Assembly: GCA_913050325.1 (NCBI GenBank)
Contig: CAJWZP010000001.1
Coordinates: forward strand, 1,611 to 65,610
DNA length: 64,000 nucleotides
Origin: an uncultured bacterium
GTDB lineage: Bacteria; Desulfobacterota_D; UBA1144
Direction of reading: 5' to 3'
Shown here: piece by piece, positions 12,082 to 22,716 of the stretch
Layout of the letters: each line of letters opens with the position of its first letter
How positions within the stretch are numbered: position 1 is the stretch's first letter
Made by a program: the position numbers and the translations under genes
Notes under the pieces: model-generated
What the model was told of the DNA's origin: nothing
Databases searched by the model: none
The model's input: the letters and a program-made list of their open reading frames with translations, nothing else

Positions 12082-13821
12082 ATGCCAAAAAGAAAGCTAC
12101 TAGAATCAATTAATGAATTGTGGAATAATCAGTACACCTATTTCATATTAATCGGTTTTATTGTTGGTATTTGTACCGGATTTTCAAATGTAATTTTTCA
12201 TTTTTTTTATAATTCAATAACAGATCTTTTTCTAAATCCTCTGGCAAAAAAAAATTTAGTAATTTTTGGGACTTTGATTGGTGGTCTGATTCTTTTTTTC
12301 ATGACCTACATTACAAAAAATGATGATATTCTAGGATATAAATTTCATAACTTTATACATACCGTATCCCAAGGTAGCGGAGTAATAACAATTAAAGAAA
12401 CAATTGTTAAAGCAGGTTCTCAAATTATATCATTGGGTTTTGGAGGATCAGTTGGACAAGAAGGTCCCATGGCACAATTAGGTGGATCAATTGGAAGTAT
12501 TATTGGACAAAAAATAAGAATAAAAAAATCTGATTTAAAGATATTTATCGCATGTGGAATTGCGGGAGCAATCGCTGCAACATTTAATGCACCTATTACG
12601 GGTGTTTTGTTTGTAGAAGAAGTAACATTATTAAGAAACATAAAAATTAGAAGCTTCTTACCTGTAGTCATTTCGGCTGCTACGGCAACTGTTGTAGCAG
12701 GTTTTTATAGTGGTGAAAATAATATTTTTTATACAATAGATTTTTTGTTATTAAGTTACAATGAGCTATTAATTTATGCATTAATGGGTCTTGTAATAGG
12801 ATTAATTTCCTCCTTTTTTACAAAACTTCATTTTAGAATAGAAAATAAATTTGAAACAGTTTTTCCTGAACAAAGAATAAGGCCAATTGTTGGTGGAATA
12901 ATATTAGGTTTAATTGCATTCATACCTTTTGGTATTGGACTGGATATTTTAGGAAACGGATATACGGCAATTCAAAAAGCTTTGTCATCCGAATATACTC
13001 TTTGGATTGCATTAGGGATTCTTATTTTAAAACCCTTAGCTACTAGCATTACATTAAGTAGCGGGTGGCCTGGAGGAATATTCGCACCTTCAATATTCTT
13101 AGGTGCAATATGCGGATTTCTTTTTGGATTTGGGGTAGAAAATATTTTTTTCAAAGATTTAATTAATCCAGGTGATCTATCAACTTCATATTCAATTGTA
13201 GGCATGGGCACATTTTTGGCGGCTATGACTCAAGCACCACTTACGTCAATTTTCTTTACGTTTGAACTAACCCAAACTTATCAAGCAGTTTTACCAGTAA
13301 TGATTAGTTCAGTTATTGGTACTTCAATTTATAGATTGATAATAGGAAGATCCTTTGAATCTTGTTATTTGAAAAAAGATAATATAGAAATTGTTCAAAA
13401 TGAAGAATCTAATATACTTAGTAACATTAAAGTTAGTGAAATAATGCAAAAAGATGTTGTTACTATCCCAGAAAAGATGACCCTGGGTAAATTTATTGAA
13501 TTTTTACCTACAACTCAACTTACAACATTCCCATTGATTGACGAAGATGATAATTTATCAGGAATTATAAGTGTTCAGGATTATAGAGGTTGGGTTTTAG
13601 AAGAAGAATTAAAGGATGTAATTATCATGAAGGATTTAGCATCAACTCAAGTCAACACAGTAACACCAGAGGAATCTATGCTTGAAGTTATTAAACATTG
13701 GGATAAGGGTGACATGTTACCCGTTGTTTCAAAGGCAGGTTCATTAAAAATTATAGGGATTTTATCTAGAAGAGATGCATTGATTGCCTACAACAAAGCT
13801 CTGAATGATGAAGTTTCTTAG
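12082..13821 (+). CDS. ClC family chloride channel/antiporter with C-terminal CBS pair
   Basis: GGSVGQEGP, FNAPI.G, GGIFAP, APLT...FELT; CBS domains at the C-terminus. Confidence 0.92.
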   Translation: MPKRKLLESINELWNNQYTYFILIGFIVGICTGFSNVIFHFFYNSITDLFLNPLAKKNLVIFGTLIGGLILFFMTYITKNDDILGYKFHNFIHTVSQGSGVITIKETIVKAGSQIISLGFGGSVGQEGPMAQLGGSIGSIIGQKIRIKKSDLKIFIACGIAGAIAATFNAPITGVLFVEEVTLLRNIKIRSFLPVVISAATATVVAGFYSGENNIFYTIDFLLLSYNELLIYALMGLVIGLISSFFTKLHFRIENKFETVFPEQRIRPIVGGIILGLIAFIPFGIGLDILGNGYTAIQKALSSEYTLWIALGILILKPLATSITLSSGWPGGIFAPSIFLGAICGFLFGFGVENIFFKDLINPGDLSTSYSIVGMGTFLAAMTQAPLTSIFFTFELTQTYQAVLPVMISSVIGTSIYRLIIGRSFESCYLKKDNIEIVQNEESNILSNIKVSEIMQKDVVTIPEKMTLGKFIEFLPTTQLTTFPLIDEDDNLSGIISVQDYRGWVLEEELKDVIIMKDLASTQVNTVTPEESMLEVIKHWDKGDMLPVVSKAGSLKIIGILSRRDALIAYNKALNDEVS

Positions 13822-13825
13822 AATC

Positions 13826-15013
13826 TTACACATCTTCAATAATATGTTGTATTTCTAAACCGGTTGCTAGAGAGCCTATTTTTGAAATTATTGTTAATAT
13901 TGGTTGTAAGAATTTATCACAATTCAAACAATTTTTTTCCATACATATACAGCTAAAATACATACCTCTTGTGTTCAAATTGTCTGTATCACCCTTCGAA
14001 TCATTAACCCTAAAAAATCCTCCGCATACCTTATTATCTATAAGATAATAAACGGGCTCTTTATTTTTGAACACTGTTGGAACAGATTCTTGAACAATTA
14101 AATCATTTAAAACTCTTCCTCCCTTAGATATCTTCATCTTTTTTCTTCCATCTCTGTTTAAGTTTATAAAGTCTTCACCATTTTTAATATTCATTACTGA
14201 CATCCCATATGTGCCTACATTACTTTTTATAAACGCACCTGAATTTGATTTATTAGATATCCTATCAACTACTTTAGAAACACGCTCTCGATCTTTAATA
14301 TTATCTATATCAATATTTGAAACTAATTCTGTATCTAAACTAAAAAAACTTTTATCTACTTTAATTATTTTTGAAAATTCTTCGACCAAGGAATTATAAA
14401 AATGGAAATGGATATCTTTTTTTCTTGTATGCCATCCTACCTCAATAGATGGGACTATAATTTGTGATGTTTTCGATAAAATTTCAGGATAAAAATTGGA
14501 AAAATCATTATTTATTATTATCAAGTCTGGTTCAAAATTATCTATATAAATTGTATCTTTATTTCTTTTTACAAGTGATGCTGTAACTTTCACATTTGAA
14601 GTTGAGTCAAAATCAAATTCAAAATCTACTTCATCTTCTAGAACTAACCCAACTTTTGACTCTACATTTAATAAACTCAACATATCTTGAATTGCTAATA
14701 CGTTATCCCAATAAAAAGGATTTCTTGTGTGAATTTCAGGAATTATTAAAACTTTAGAAATTTTAAAATTAAAATTCTTATTTATAAAATTTTCAATATG
14801 TTCTGATCCTAATTTTTTAAAAATAGGAGACAGGTTATTAAAGCCTGCCGGAAAAATATTTGTATCAACTGCGGCTATTTTATTTTGAGATATTCTTAAA
14901 TCTGTAGAGGTATAAAAAGGAGGATTTGAAATATTAGATTTCTTAAAAATCCATTCATTGATTTTTTCTTCGTTATCTATAACAAGCTTATTTAAATGAT
15001 TTAAAATATCCAT
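13826..15013 (-). CDS. gshA: Glutamate--cysteine ligase, GshA (PF08886-type) family
   Basis: PFY.S.DLR....K.A.VDTN.FPAGFNNL, PE.HTRN.FY, NND, GTYGM and EPV.Y...GGFFR motifs. Confidence 0.85.
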   Translation of the reverse strand: MDILNHLNKLVIDNEEKINEWIFKKSNISNPPFYTSTDLRISQNKIAAVDTNIFPAGFNNLSPIFKKLGSEHIENFINKNFNFKISKVLIIPEIHTRNPFYWDNVLAIQDMLSLLNVESKVGLVLEDEVDFEFDFDSTSNVKVTASLVKRNKDTIYIDNFEPDLIIINNDFSNFYPEILSKTSQIIVPSIEVGWHTRKKDIHFHFYNSLVEEFSKIIKVDKSFFSLDTELVSNIDIDNIKDRERVSKVVDRISNKSNSGAFIKSNVGTYGMSVMNIKNGEDFINLNRDGRKKMKISKGGRVLNDLIVQESVPTVFKNKEPVYYLIDNKVCGGFFRVNDSKGDTDNLNTRGMYFSCICMEKNCLNCDKFLQPILTIISKIGSLATGLEIQHIIEDV

Positions 15014-15037
15014 ATTGTTAACTAGAAAACTAAAAAA

Positions 15038-15901
15038 TTATTTTGAAAAAAACTCTATGGCATCAATAATTTTTGTTAAATCTGCACCTTTCACAATATA
15101 TCCATTAATAACGAAAGTGGGAGTTGAATTAACACCTATTTTACTTCCCTCATCCTTGCTAGAAAATACGCTGCTAGCATAATCATCATTTTCAAGACTA
15201 TTTAAACATAATAAAGATTCCTCATCTGACATAATACTCTTAATATCGTCTAAAAAATTATCTTTACTAAATTTTGATTGGTTATCAAAAATCAAATCAT
15301 GAGCTTTCCAAAATTTATCATTACCATATTTATCCTTTATACAGGTTGTGAACACAGCGGCATCATCTGCCCACAAATGAAAGCTTAATGGAAAATGTTT
15401 AAAATATATTACAATATTATCTAAATATTTAGGATTCTTAAGAAAACCTAAAACATTTTCATAAGCATATTTACATGCGGGGCATTGAAAGTCTGAATAC
15501 TCAACAATTACAATATCAGCATTTGGGTTTCCAATAAATGGTATATTCTCAAGGCTTATTTCTTCCATTAATTTAGCATTTCTTATAGGACCAGAAACAT
15601 TTATGATTTCTGGATTAAAAATGAAATAATTTCCATCTGAAGACAATAAAAAATATAATGCTGCTTCTTTATCTTGATTTTTAATTAAAAAAGCACCCTC
15701 ATATAAATCACCAATTGGAGATTTCTTAAAATTTGTCAAAGTTACTACTGAGTCAGAAAAGAATTCAGGAAAATTCTTTTCGAATTTATTAATTACATCT
15801 TGTCTTGAAATATTATCAGCTTGTGATGTATTAAGCTTATTTAAGATTTCACATGATGTAATTGAAATAAAAAATAAAAATAAAAATATTATTTTTTTCA
15901 T
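15038..15901 (-). CDS. DsbA/thioredoxin-fold lipoprotein
   Basis: Lipobox-like ITSC, EYSDFQCPAC, HFPL..H, GVNSTPTF. Confidence 0.88.
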   Translation of the reverse strand: MKKIIFLFLFFISITSCEILNKLNTSQADNISRQDVINKFEKNFPEFFSDSVVTLTNFKKSPIGDLYEGAFLIKNQDKEAALYFLLSSDGNYFIFNPEIINVSGPIRNAKLMEEISLENIPFIGNPNADIVIVEYSDFQCPACKYAYENVLGFLKNPKYLDNIVIYFKHFPLSFHLWADDAAVFTTCIKDKYGNDKFWKAHDLIFDNQSKFSKDNFLDDIKSIMSDEESLLCLNSLENDDYASSVFSSKDEGSKIGVNSTPTFVINGYIVKGADLTKIIDAIEFFSK

Positions 15902-17193
15902 TTTTTCAAAACTCTATTTAAAATTTGTTTTGCCTTAATAAATAAATTATCGAAATTAAAAGCACTATCAATTTCTACTTTTTTTAACAATTTTGTAACT
16001 CTGTCATCAATTAATAATAAATCTTTAAAATTCTTCCCTGAATCCCATGCGGCATGCGCATTATCCTGAACAATCTTATAAGAATTTTCACGGGTTAAAC
16101 CTTTTTCAATTAATTTTATCAAAATATTTTGCGAAAAAATTATTCCATTCGTCTTATAAATATTTTTAATCATATTTTCTTTATAAACTTTTAAATTAGA
16201 CATCATTGAATTCGCTCTTCGAATCATAAAATGAACAGCTATCGATGAATCAGGAGCAATAATTCTCTCTACAGATGAATGGCTAATATCACGTTCGTGC
16301 CATAGTGGAATGTTTTCAAAAGCAGGAGAAATATTTGATCTAACAAATCTAGCAATCCCGGATAAATTCTCGGATAATATTGGATTTCTTTTATGAGGCA
16401 TAGCAGATGATCCCTTCTGACCTTTAGTAAAACCCTCTTCAACTTCCTGAACTTCGGTCCTTTGTAAATGTCTTATTTGTATTGATATTCTTTCAATGCA
16501 TGTTGCTATAAACCCTAGTGAAATAAAAAAATCTGCATAATAATCTCTATTTATTATTTGGCTTGAAATATCAGCAGCTTTCAATTTTAAAATTTTACAA
16601 GCTTTTGTCTCAATTGACTTACTAATATTGGAATATGTACCAACAGCGCCTGACAATTTACCAACTGAGCACTGACTTATTGATCTTTCCAACCTTTGCT
16701 TGGCTCTTATCATTTCATCTAGCCAGTTTGCAACGACTAAACCAAAAGTTGTAACCTCAGCATGAATTCCATGAGATCTTCCCATTATTGGAGTTTCAAT
16801 ATATTTTTTTGATAATTTTTTAAGTGTATTAATTAGAATTAATAATTCTTTCTTTATTAGTAAACCAGATTCCTTTAATTGAAGTGAAAATGCGGTATCT
16901 AAAACATCCGATGAAGTGAGACCTAAATGTATATATCTAGAATCAGGGCCCACATATTCCGCTACATTTGTTGTAAATGCAATTACGTCATGTTTTGTAA
17001 TTTTTTCAATTTTCTCAATTTTTTTTACATTAAAGCTTGCTCTTTTTTTAATATTTCTAAAAGATTTTTTTGGAATTACACCTTCAATTGCCCATGCTTC
17101 ACATACAGCAAGTTCCACATCTAACCATTTTTGATATTTATTATGATCTGACCAAACATCAGTCATTTCGGGAGTTGAATATCTTTTTATCAT
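15898..17193 (-). CDS. purB: Adenylosuccinate lyase
   Basis: TKHDV, H.GLTSSD, GRSHG.HAE, GSSAMPHKRNP, WHERDISHSS. Confidence 0.97.
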   Translation of the reverse strand: MIKRYSTPEMTDVWSDHNKYQKWLDVELAVCEAWAIEGVIPKKSFRNIKKRASFNVKKIEKIEKITKHDVIAFTTNVAEYVGPDSRYIHLGLTSSDVLDTAFSLQLKESGLLIKKELLILINTLKKLSKKYIETPIMGRSHGIHAEVTTFGLVVANWLDEMIRAKQRLERSISQCSVGKLSGAVGTYSNISKSIETKACKILKLKAADISSQIINRDYYADFFISLGFIATCIERISIQIRHLQRTEVQEVEEGFTKGQKGSSAMPHKRNPILSENLSGIARFVRSNISPAFENIPLWHERDISHSSVERIIAPDSSIAVHFMIRRANSMMSNLKVYKENMIKNIYKTNGIIFSQNILIKLIEKGLTRENSYKIVQDNAHAAWDSGKNFKDLLLIDDRVTKLLKKVEIDSAFNFDNLFIKAKQILNRVLKK

Positions 17194-17270
17194 TTAGTAT
17201 TTGAAGTATATTCAAAATTTGTAACTTAATAAAGTCCAAACTATTTATAAGCAATTAATAGTTGTTAAAC

Positions 17271-17299
17271 TTGTTTAAAATTAATGTGTTATTTATACT
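17271..17299 (+). promoter_or_regulatory. Probable sigma70 promoter giving a leaderless PIN/TRAM-ispDF transcript
   Basis: TTGTTT, 17 nt, TATACT, then 6 nt to the ATG at 17306; no Shine-Dalgarno. Confidence 0.5.
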
Positions 17300-17305
17300 C
17301 TTATA

Positions 17306-18331
17306 ATGAGTCCTTTAAGAGTTATTTTCTCTATCATTAGTTCAATTGCAGGTTTTTATATTACGTTAACAAATCTTAAATCTGTTGGAAACTTAATACT
17401 TCCTTATTCAGTAGGTATAGGATTATTTTGTGGATTGATAACTTTTTTCTTTGTTTATTACTCTGAAAAATTATTTAATGATCTAAGTGCAAAAGCTCTA
17501 GTTGGTGCAACTATAGGTACTGGTGCATCATTGTTATTTTTTCTTACCTTTGCATATTTTTCGGAAATAATTGGTTTGAGTATTAAATACCCACCATACA
17601 CATATCCAATAGTTTTTTTATCAATTCTGTGCCTAGGAATTGCAGTTGGGCTAAAAAAAGGGTCAAATCCTGATCCTGACAAGAAACTTGAAGATGAATT
17701 TTTTCTAGCAAAAATTTTAGATACAAGTGCCATCATAGATGGAAGAATTTCAGATGTTTCTGAAGTAGGTTTTTTAGAAGGTACAATCATACTTCCACAA
17801 TTTGTAATTAGAGAACTTCAATGGATTGCTGATTCTAACGATAATTTAAAAAAAGTTAGAGGTAGAAGAGGAATGGAAACTTTAAAGAAAATGCAGGATC
17901 AGAAAAACTTAAAAGTAAAAATTGTTGACAGAGATTTTACAAACATCAAAGAAGTCGATTTAAAATTAGTCAGACTAGCAAAAGAATTAAAAGGTCAATT
18001 AGTTACTAATGATTTTAATCTTACAAAAGTTGCAAATTTACAAGGTGTGAAAGTTCTTAATGTCAATCAATTAGCAAACTCTTTGAAACCTGTCATTTTA
18101 CCAGGTGAACATATGAGCATAAAAGTTATAAAAGAAGGAAAAGATGAAAATCAAGGTGTAGGTTATCTTGATGATGGAACTATGGTAGTAATTGATAACG
18201 GAAAAAAACATATTGATAAGGAAGTCAATCTTATAATAACAAGTGTTATACAAACCCCAACTGGAAGAATGATTTTTTCTAAAGTTGCAGAGCTAAAAGA
18301 TAAAGATAATACAATTTCTGGTGTAAAATAA
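17306..18331 (+). CDS. Membrane-anchored PIN/TRAM domain protein (YacL-like)
   Basis: N-terminal transmembrane segments, LDTSAIIDGR, RGRRG, TNDFNL, QGVGYLDDGTMVV; conserved position before ispD. Confidence 0.92.
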   Translation: MSPLRVIFSIISSIAGFYITLTNLKSVGNLILPYSVGIGLFCGLITFFFVYYSEKLFNDLSAKALVGATIGTGASLLFFLTFAYFSEIIGLSIKYPPYTYPIVFLSILCLGIAVGLKKGSNPDPDKKLEDEFFLAKILDTSAIIDGRISDVSEVGFLEGTIILPQFVIRELQWIADSNDNLKKVRGRRGMETLKKMQDQKNLKVKIVDRDFTNIKEVDLKLVRLAKELKGQLVTNDFNLTKVANLQGVKVLNVNQLANSLKPVILPGEHMSIKVIKEGKDENQGVGYLDDGTMVVIDNGKKHIDKEVNLIITSVIQTPTGRMIFSKVAELKDKDNTISGVK

Positions 18332-19023
18332 TGAAAAGTAAAAGTGCTAATTTCATATTAGCAGCTGCAGGAAATGGAAAAAGATTTGGCCAAAAAATTC
18401 CAAAACAATACCTTAAAATAAATAATATTCCCATTTTCATGTATTCAATTATCAAAGCTTCAAAAATAAGCCTTATTGAAAATATTATTATAGTAAAAAA
18501 CAGTCAAATTAAAGATTCGTACATAAATAAAATATTAAAAAATTTTAATATCAAAAAAAAAATCACATTAGTTAATGGCTCATCCTCAAGATTCAATAGT
18601 GTAAAGAAAGCATTTTTATCATCAGCAAAAATTAACAATGAATATACGATAGTACATGATGCGGTAAGACCTAATTTTAACATCTCAAAAATAAGAAAAA
18701 TGATTAATGAAATTAAAGGTTCAGATGGAATTATACCAATTGAAAAAATTCAAGATACTATAAAAAAAATTAAAAATAAAAATATATTTAAAACTATTCC
18801 TAGGGATTCACTATATTTGTCTCAGACACCACAAATATTCATTACGAAGTCATTAGAAAGTTGCTATGCTAAAATAAAACATAAATCTTATTTTTCAGAT
18901 GAATGTCAAATGTTTGAAGAAAATAAATTCAAAATAAAATTTTATATAAATGATGAAAACAATATTAAAATAACAACAAAAAAGGATCTAGAATTTTTAA
19001 AGAAAAATATAAATCATGTATAG
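18331..19023 (+). CDS. ispD: 2-C-methyl-D-erythritol 4-phosphate cytidylyltransferase
   Basis: AAG.GKRF...PKQY, HDAVRP, QTPQ.F, NIKIT..DL. Confidence 0.92.
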   Translation: MKSKSANFILAAAGNGKRFGQKIPKQYLKINNIPIFMYSIIKASKISLIENIIIVKNSQIKDSYINKILKNFNIKKKITLVNGSSSRFNSVKKAFLSSAKINNEYTIVHDAVRPNFNISKIRKMINEIKGSDGIIPIEKIQDTIKKIKNKNIFKTIPRDSLYLSQTPQIFITKSLESCYAKIKHKSYFSDECQMFEENKFKIKFYINDENNIKITTKKDLEFLKKNINHV

Positions 19024-19498
19024 GATAGGAATAGGATATGACATACATAAAAAGTCATCAAAAAGGAAACTTATTCTTGGTGGTATTTTAATTTCAAACA
19101 AAAATGGACTTGTAGGACATTCAGATGCTGATATCGTAATACATACAATTTGTGATTCAATTCTGGGAGCATTAAACAAGGGAGACATTGGAGAACATTT
19201 TAGTAATAAAAATCCTAAATATAGGAATGCAAAAAGTTCAATTTTTTTAAAAAAAATCAAGAAAATTATGGAGAAAAATAATTTTTCAATTGTTAATATT
19301 GATATGACTATAATTTGTGAAAAACCCAAATTAACAAAATTTAAAAGCAAAATCAAAAAAAATATATCTAAAATATTAGATATTAAACAAAATAATGTTT
19401 CTGTTAAAGCTACCACCTCCGAAGGATTAGGAGAAATAGGTAATGATAATGCAATCGCTTGTAAAACAGTTGTACTTTTAAGAAATGAAGAAAATTAA
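19016..19498 (+). CDS. ispF: 2-C-methyl-D-erythritol 2,4-cyclodiphosphate synthase
   Basis: RIGIGYDIH, GHSDAD...H, GDIG.HF, KATT.EGLG. Confidence 0.95.
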   Translation: MYRIGIGYDIHKKSSKRKLILGGILISNKNGLVGHSDADIVIHTICDSILGALNKGDIGEHFSNKNPKYRNAKSSIFLKKIKKIMEKNNFSIVNIDMTIICEKPKLTKFKSKIKKNISKILDIKQNNVSVKATTSEGLGEIGNDNAIACKTVVLLRNEEN

Positions 19499-20369
19499 TT
19501 TTTTAAATAGTAATAAAAATTATTTAGGTTTAAAACAACCTAACTTTAATAATTCAAAAGTAATTATAGTACCTTTTGGACTTGAGAAAACTGTTACCTA
19601 TGGGAAAGGTACAAAGAATGGTCCGGATATGATTTTAGATGCCTCACACCAATTAGAACTCTATGACGATGAATTTAAAAAAGAAACTTACATGGACTTT
19701 AATCCTTTAACTCTAAAAATAAATAAGATTCCTCTCAAATTAACAGATTCGTTAAATTATTTATCCAATACAGTTGAAAAAATATTATCTGTTAATAAAT
19801 TCCCGCTAATTCTAGGAGGAGAACATACTATTACATCTGCTTGTATAAAGCCCTTTGTAGCAAAAAATAAAGAATTATTAATAATTCATTTTGATGCTCA
19901 TACAGATTTAAGAAATACATATGAGAAAAATATTAATTCACATGCATGTGTAATGAGAAGATGCTTAGATCATAAAAATGTGAAAATTATTTCATTAGGT
20001 ATTAGAAGTACCTCAGCTAAAGAAATTGATTTTATCAATAAAAATAAATCCAGAATAAAAATTTTTTGGGCAAAAAACTATGGGTCATGGGATATAAATG
20101 AGCTTATTAAATTAATTAAAAATAAAAAAATTTATATAACATTTGATGTAGATGTTTTTGATCCTTCTATTATGGCATCAACAGGAACTCCTGAGCCAGG
20201 TGGTTTAGAGTGGAATTTTATACTAAAATTACTGCGTAAAATTATTAAAAATTCTCAACTATTAGGAGTTGATATTAATGAATTGGCCCCTATAAAAAAT
20301 CTAAATTCATGTAATTTTTTAGTATCTAAACTAGTATATAAAATACTATCTTATAAATTTAGTAAATAA
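19485..20369 (+). CDS. speB: Agmatinase (ureohydrolase family)
   Basis: GGEH, DAHTD, DVDVFDP, TGTPEPGG, ELAP. Confidence 0.85.
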   Translation: MKKINFLNSNKNYLGLKQPNFNNSKVIIVPFGLEKTVTYGKGTKNGPDMILDASHQLELYDDEFKKETYMDFNPLTLKINKIPLKLTDSLNYLSNTVEKILSVNKFPLILGGEHTITSACIKPFVAKNKELLIIHFDAHTDLRNTYEKNINSHACVMRRCLDHKNVKIISLGIRSTSAKEIDFINKNKSRIKIFWAKNYGSWDINELIKLIKNKKIYITFDVDVFDPSIMASTGTPEPGGLEWNFILKLLRKIIKNSQLLGVDINELAPIKNLNSCNFLVSKLVYKILSYKFSK

Positions 20370-20436
20370 TAATTAAAGATATTTATTATGTCTGAGGTAT
20401 ATTTATTAAATAAATTTTTAAATTTTGGAGTATATT

Positions 20437-21039
20437 ATGTCACATTCTTTACCAAGCCTAAATTTTGATTATAGTGCCTTAGAGCCATACATTGATGCAC
20501 AAACAATGGAAATTCATCATACGAAGCATCATCAAACATACATTAATAATTTAAATCTTGCTTTAGAAAATCATCCTGAATTATTTGATAAATCCTTAGA
20601 AGAACTTCTAGTTAATTTAAATGATATTCCGGAAAATATTAGAGGAGCTGTAAGAAATCATGGTGGTGGACACCACAATCATTCTCTTTTCTGGAAAGTT
20701 TTAAGTCCAAATTCTACTCAACAACCCGAGGGTTTATTATTAGATAAAATTAATAATGATTTTGGAAATTTTGAAAATTTTAAAACAGAATTCAGTGAGA
20801 AGGCTACTAAACAATTTGGTAGTGGGTGGGGATGGCTGTGTGAAGATTCCTCTGGAAAACTTTTAACAATTTCTACTCCTAATCAAGATAGTCCATTATC
20901 TCAAGGATTAAATCCAATACTGGGTATAGATGTTTGGGAACATGCTTACTACTTAAATTATCAAAATAAAAGACCAGATTATATATCAGCATTTTGGAAC
21001 ATTGTTAATTGGGTTGAAGTTGAAAAAAATTTAAAATAA
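20437..21039 (+). CDS. sodA: Superoxide dismutase, Mn-type signature
   Basis: [33 protein letters not shown]. The ATG at 20437 has a GGAG Shine-Dalgarno. Confidence 0.92.
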   Translation: MSHSLPSLNFDYSALEPYIDAQTMEIHHTKHHQTYINNLNLALENHPELFDKSLEELLVNLNDIPENIRGAVRNHGGGHHNHSLFWKVLSPNSTQQPEGLLLDKINNDFGNFENFKTEFSEKATKQFGSGWGWLCEDSSGKLLTISTPNQDSPLSQGLNPILGIDVWEHAYYLNYQNKRPDYISAFWNIVNWVEVEKNLK

Positions 21040-22715
21040 TGTCGAGAAAAAAATATTCTTCTTTTATCACTGATGGAGCCGACAAGGCTCCGAACAGGTC
21101 TATGTTGAGAGCTGTAGGCTTTACAACTAAAGATTTTAATAAACCAATTATTGGAGTTGCATCAACATGGGCAATGGTTACACCCTGTAATATGCATATT
21201 GACCAATTAGCTAAGGATGTAACCAAAGGAATTGATTCCAATGGTGGAAAATCAATAATTTTTAACACTATTACAGTTTCTGATGGAATATCAATGGGTA
21301 CGCCTGGAATGAAATATTCATTAATTTCAAGAGAGGTTATTGCTGACTCAATAGAGACTGTAAGTGGTGCTGAAGGATTTGATGGAATCATTACAATTGG
21401 TGGTTGTGATAAAAATATGCCAGGGTGTTTAATTGCAATGGCAAGACTTAATAGACCTTCCATTTTTATTTATGGTGGTTCAATAATGCCTGGTTATTAT
21501 AAAAAAAAACCAATAGATGTTGTATCGGTTTTTGAAGCTGTAGGTGCGTATTCAAATAATGAAATTACTAAATCTGAACTTTATGAAATTGAGGATGCTG
21601 CAATCCCAGGGCCTGGATCTTGTGGAGGTATGTATACAGCAAATACAATGGCATCTGCTATCGAAGCATTAGGTATGAGTTTGCCTGGAAGCTCTACACA
21701 AATTGCAGTCTCAAAAAATAAAAAAACTGATTGTATAAATTCTGGAAAAAAATTATTGGACTTAATTAAAAACGATATTAAGCCTAGAGACATTATGACA
21801 AAACAAGCTTTTGAAAATGCGATTACAACTGTTATAGCCTTGGGTGGTTCAACCAATGCGGTTCTTCATCTTTTAGCAATGGCGAGTGCTGCTGGCGTGA
21901 AAGTTAAAATAGAGGATTTCAATAAACTTGGAAAGAAAATTCCTGTTCTTGCCGATTTAAAACCTAGCGGAACCCATGTAATGGCAAAATTTTGTGAAAT
22001 AGGTGGACTTCCGCCTTTACTAAAGAGGTTATTAGATGCTAAGTTACTCCATGGAGACTGCTTAACGGTTACTGGGAAAACTTTAAAAGAAAATCTAAAA
22101 AATGTAAAAGATAACTTAGGTACTGATATTATAAAAGATTTAAAGAATCCTATTAAAAAGGATAGTCATATTTGTATTTTAAAAGGAAATTTGTCCCCTG
22201 AAGGATCAGTTGCAAAAATTTCTGGCAAAGAGGGTTTATCTTTTGAAGGAAAAGCAGCAGTCTTTGATTCAGAAGAAAAGTGCATGAATGCGATTCTTAA
22301 TAGAAAAATTAAGAAGGGTACAGTTATCGTAATAAGATATGAAGGTCCTAAAGGAGGGCCCGGCATGAGGGAAATGCTGGCTCCAACATCTGCAATTATG
22401 GGTCAAGGACTTGGCTCAGATGTCGCTTTAATAACCGATGGAAGATTTTCAGGTGGAACGCATGGTTTTGTTGTTGGCCACATAACCCCAGAGGCTTTTG
22501 ATGGAGGTCCTATAGCTTTGATAAAAAACGGTGATTTGATTAGAATTGATTCAAAAAAGAAAACTCTAGAATTATTTATAAGTAAGTCAGAAATTAAAAA
22601 AAGATTAAAACAATGGAAGCAACCCAGCAGATCTCATTTAAGTGGTGCATTATACAAATATTCAATTCTAGTGAGTTCAGCCTCAAAAGGAGCAATAACA
22701 GATAAAGGAATTTAA
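21039..22715 (+). CDS. ilvD: Dihydroxy-acid dehydratase
   Basis: [47 protein letters not shown]. Confidence 0.97.
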   Translation: MSRKKYSSFITDGADKAPNRSMLRAVGFTTKDFNKPIIGVASTWAMVTPCNMHIDQLAKDVTKGIDSNGGKSIIFNTITVSDGISMGTPGMKYSLISREVIADSIETVSGAEGFDGIITIGGCDKNMPGCLIAMARLNRPSIFIYGGSIMPGYYKKKPIDVVSVFEAVGAYSNNEITKSELYEIEDAAIPGPGSCGGMYTANTMASAIEALGMSLPGSSTQIAVSKNKKTDCINSGKKLLDLIKNDIKPRDIMTKQAFENAITTVIALGGSTNAVLHLLAMASAAGVKVKIEDFNKLGKKIPVLADLKPSGTHVMAKFCEIGGLPPLLKRLLDAKLLHGDCLTVTGKTLKENLKNVKDNLGTDIIKDLKNPIKKDSHICILKGNLSPEGSVAKISGKEGLSFEGKAAVFDSEEKCMNAILNRKIKKGTVIVIRYEGPKGGPGMREMLAPTSAIMGQGLGSDVALITDGRFSGGTHGFVVGHITPEAFDGGPIALIKNGDLIRIDSKKKTLELFISKSEIKKRLKQWKQPSRSHLSGALYKYSILVSSASKGAITDKGI

Positions 22716-22716
22716 G

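Noticed and set aside
17306..18331. PIN protein as the toxin of a toxin-antitoxin or defence system
   Set aside because: It has the membrane PIN/TRAM architecture in its conserved housekeeping position before ispD-ispF, and no antitoxin gene.
19485..20369. speB as a guanidine hydrolase or arginase
   Set aside because: It has ordinary agmatinase motifs (GGEH, DAHTD, TGTPEPGG), with no guanidine riboswitch or Ni-chaperone genes nearby.
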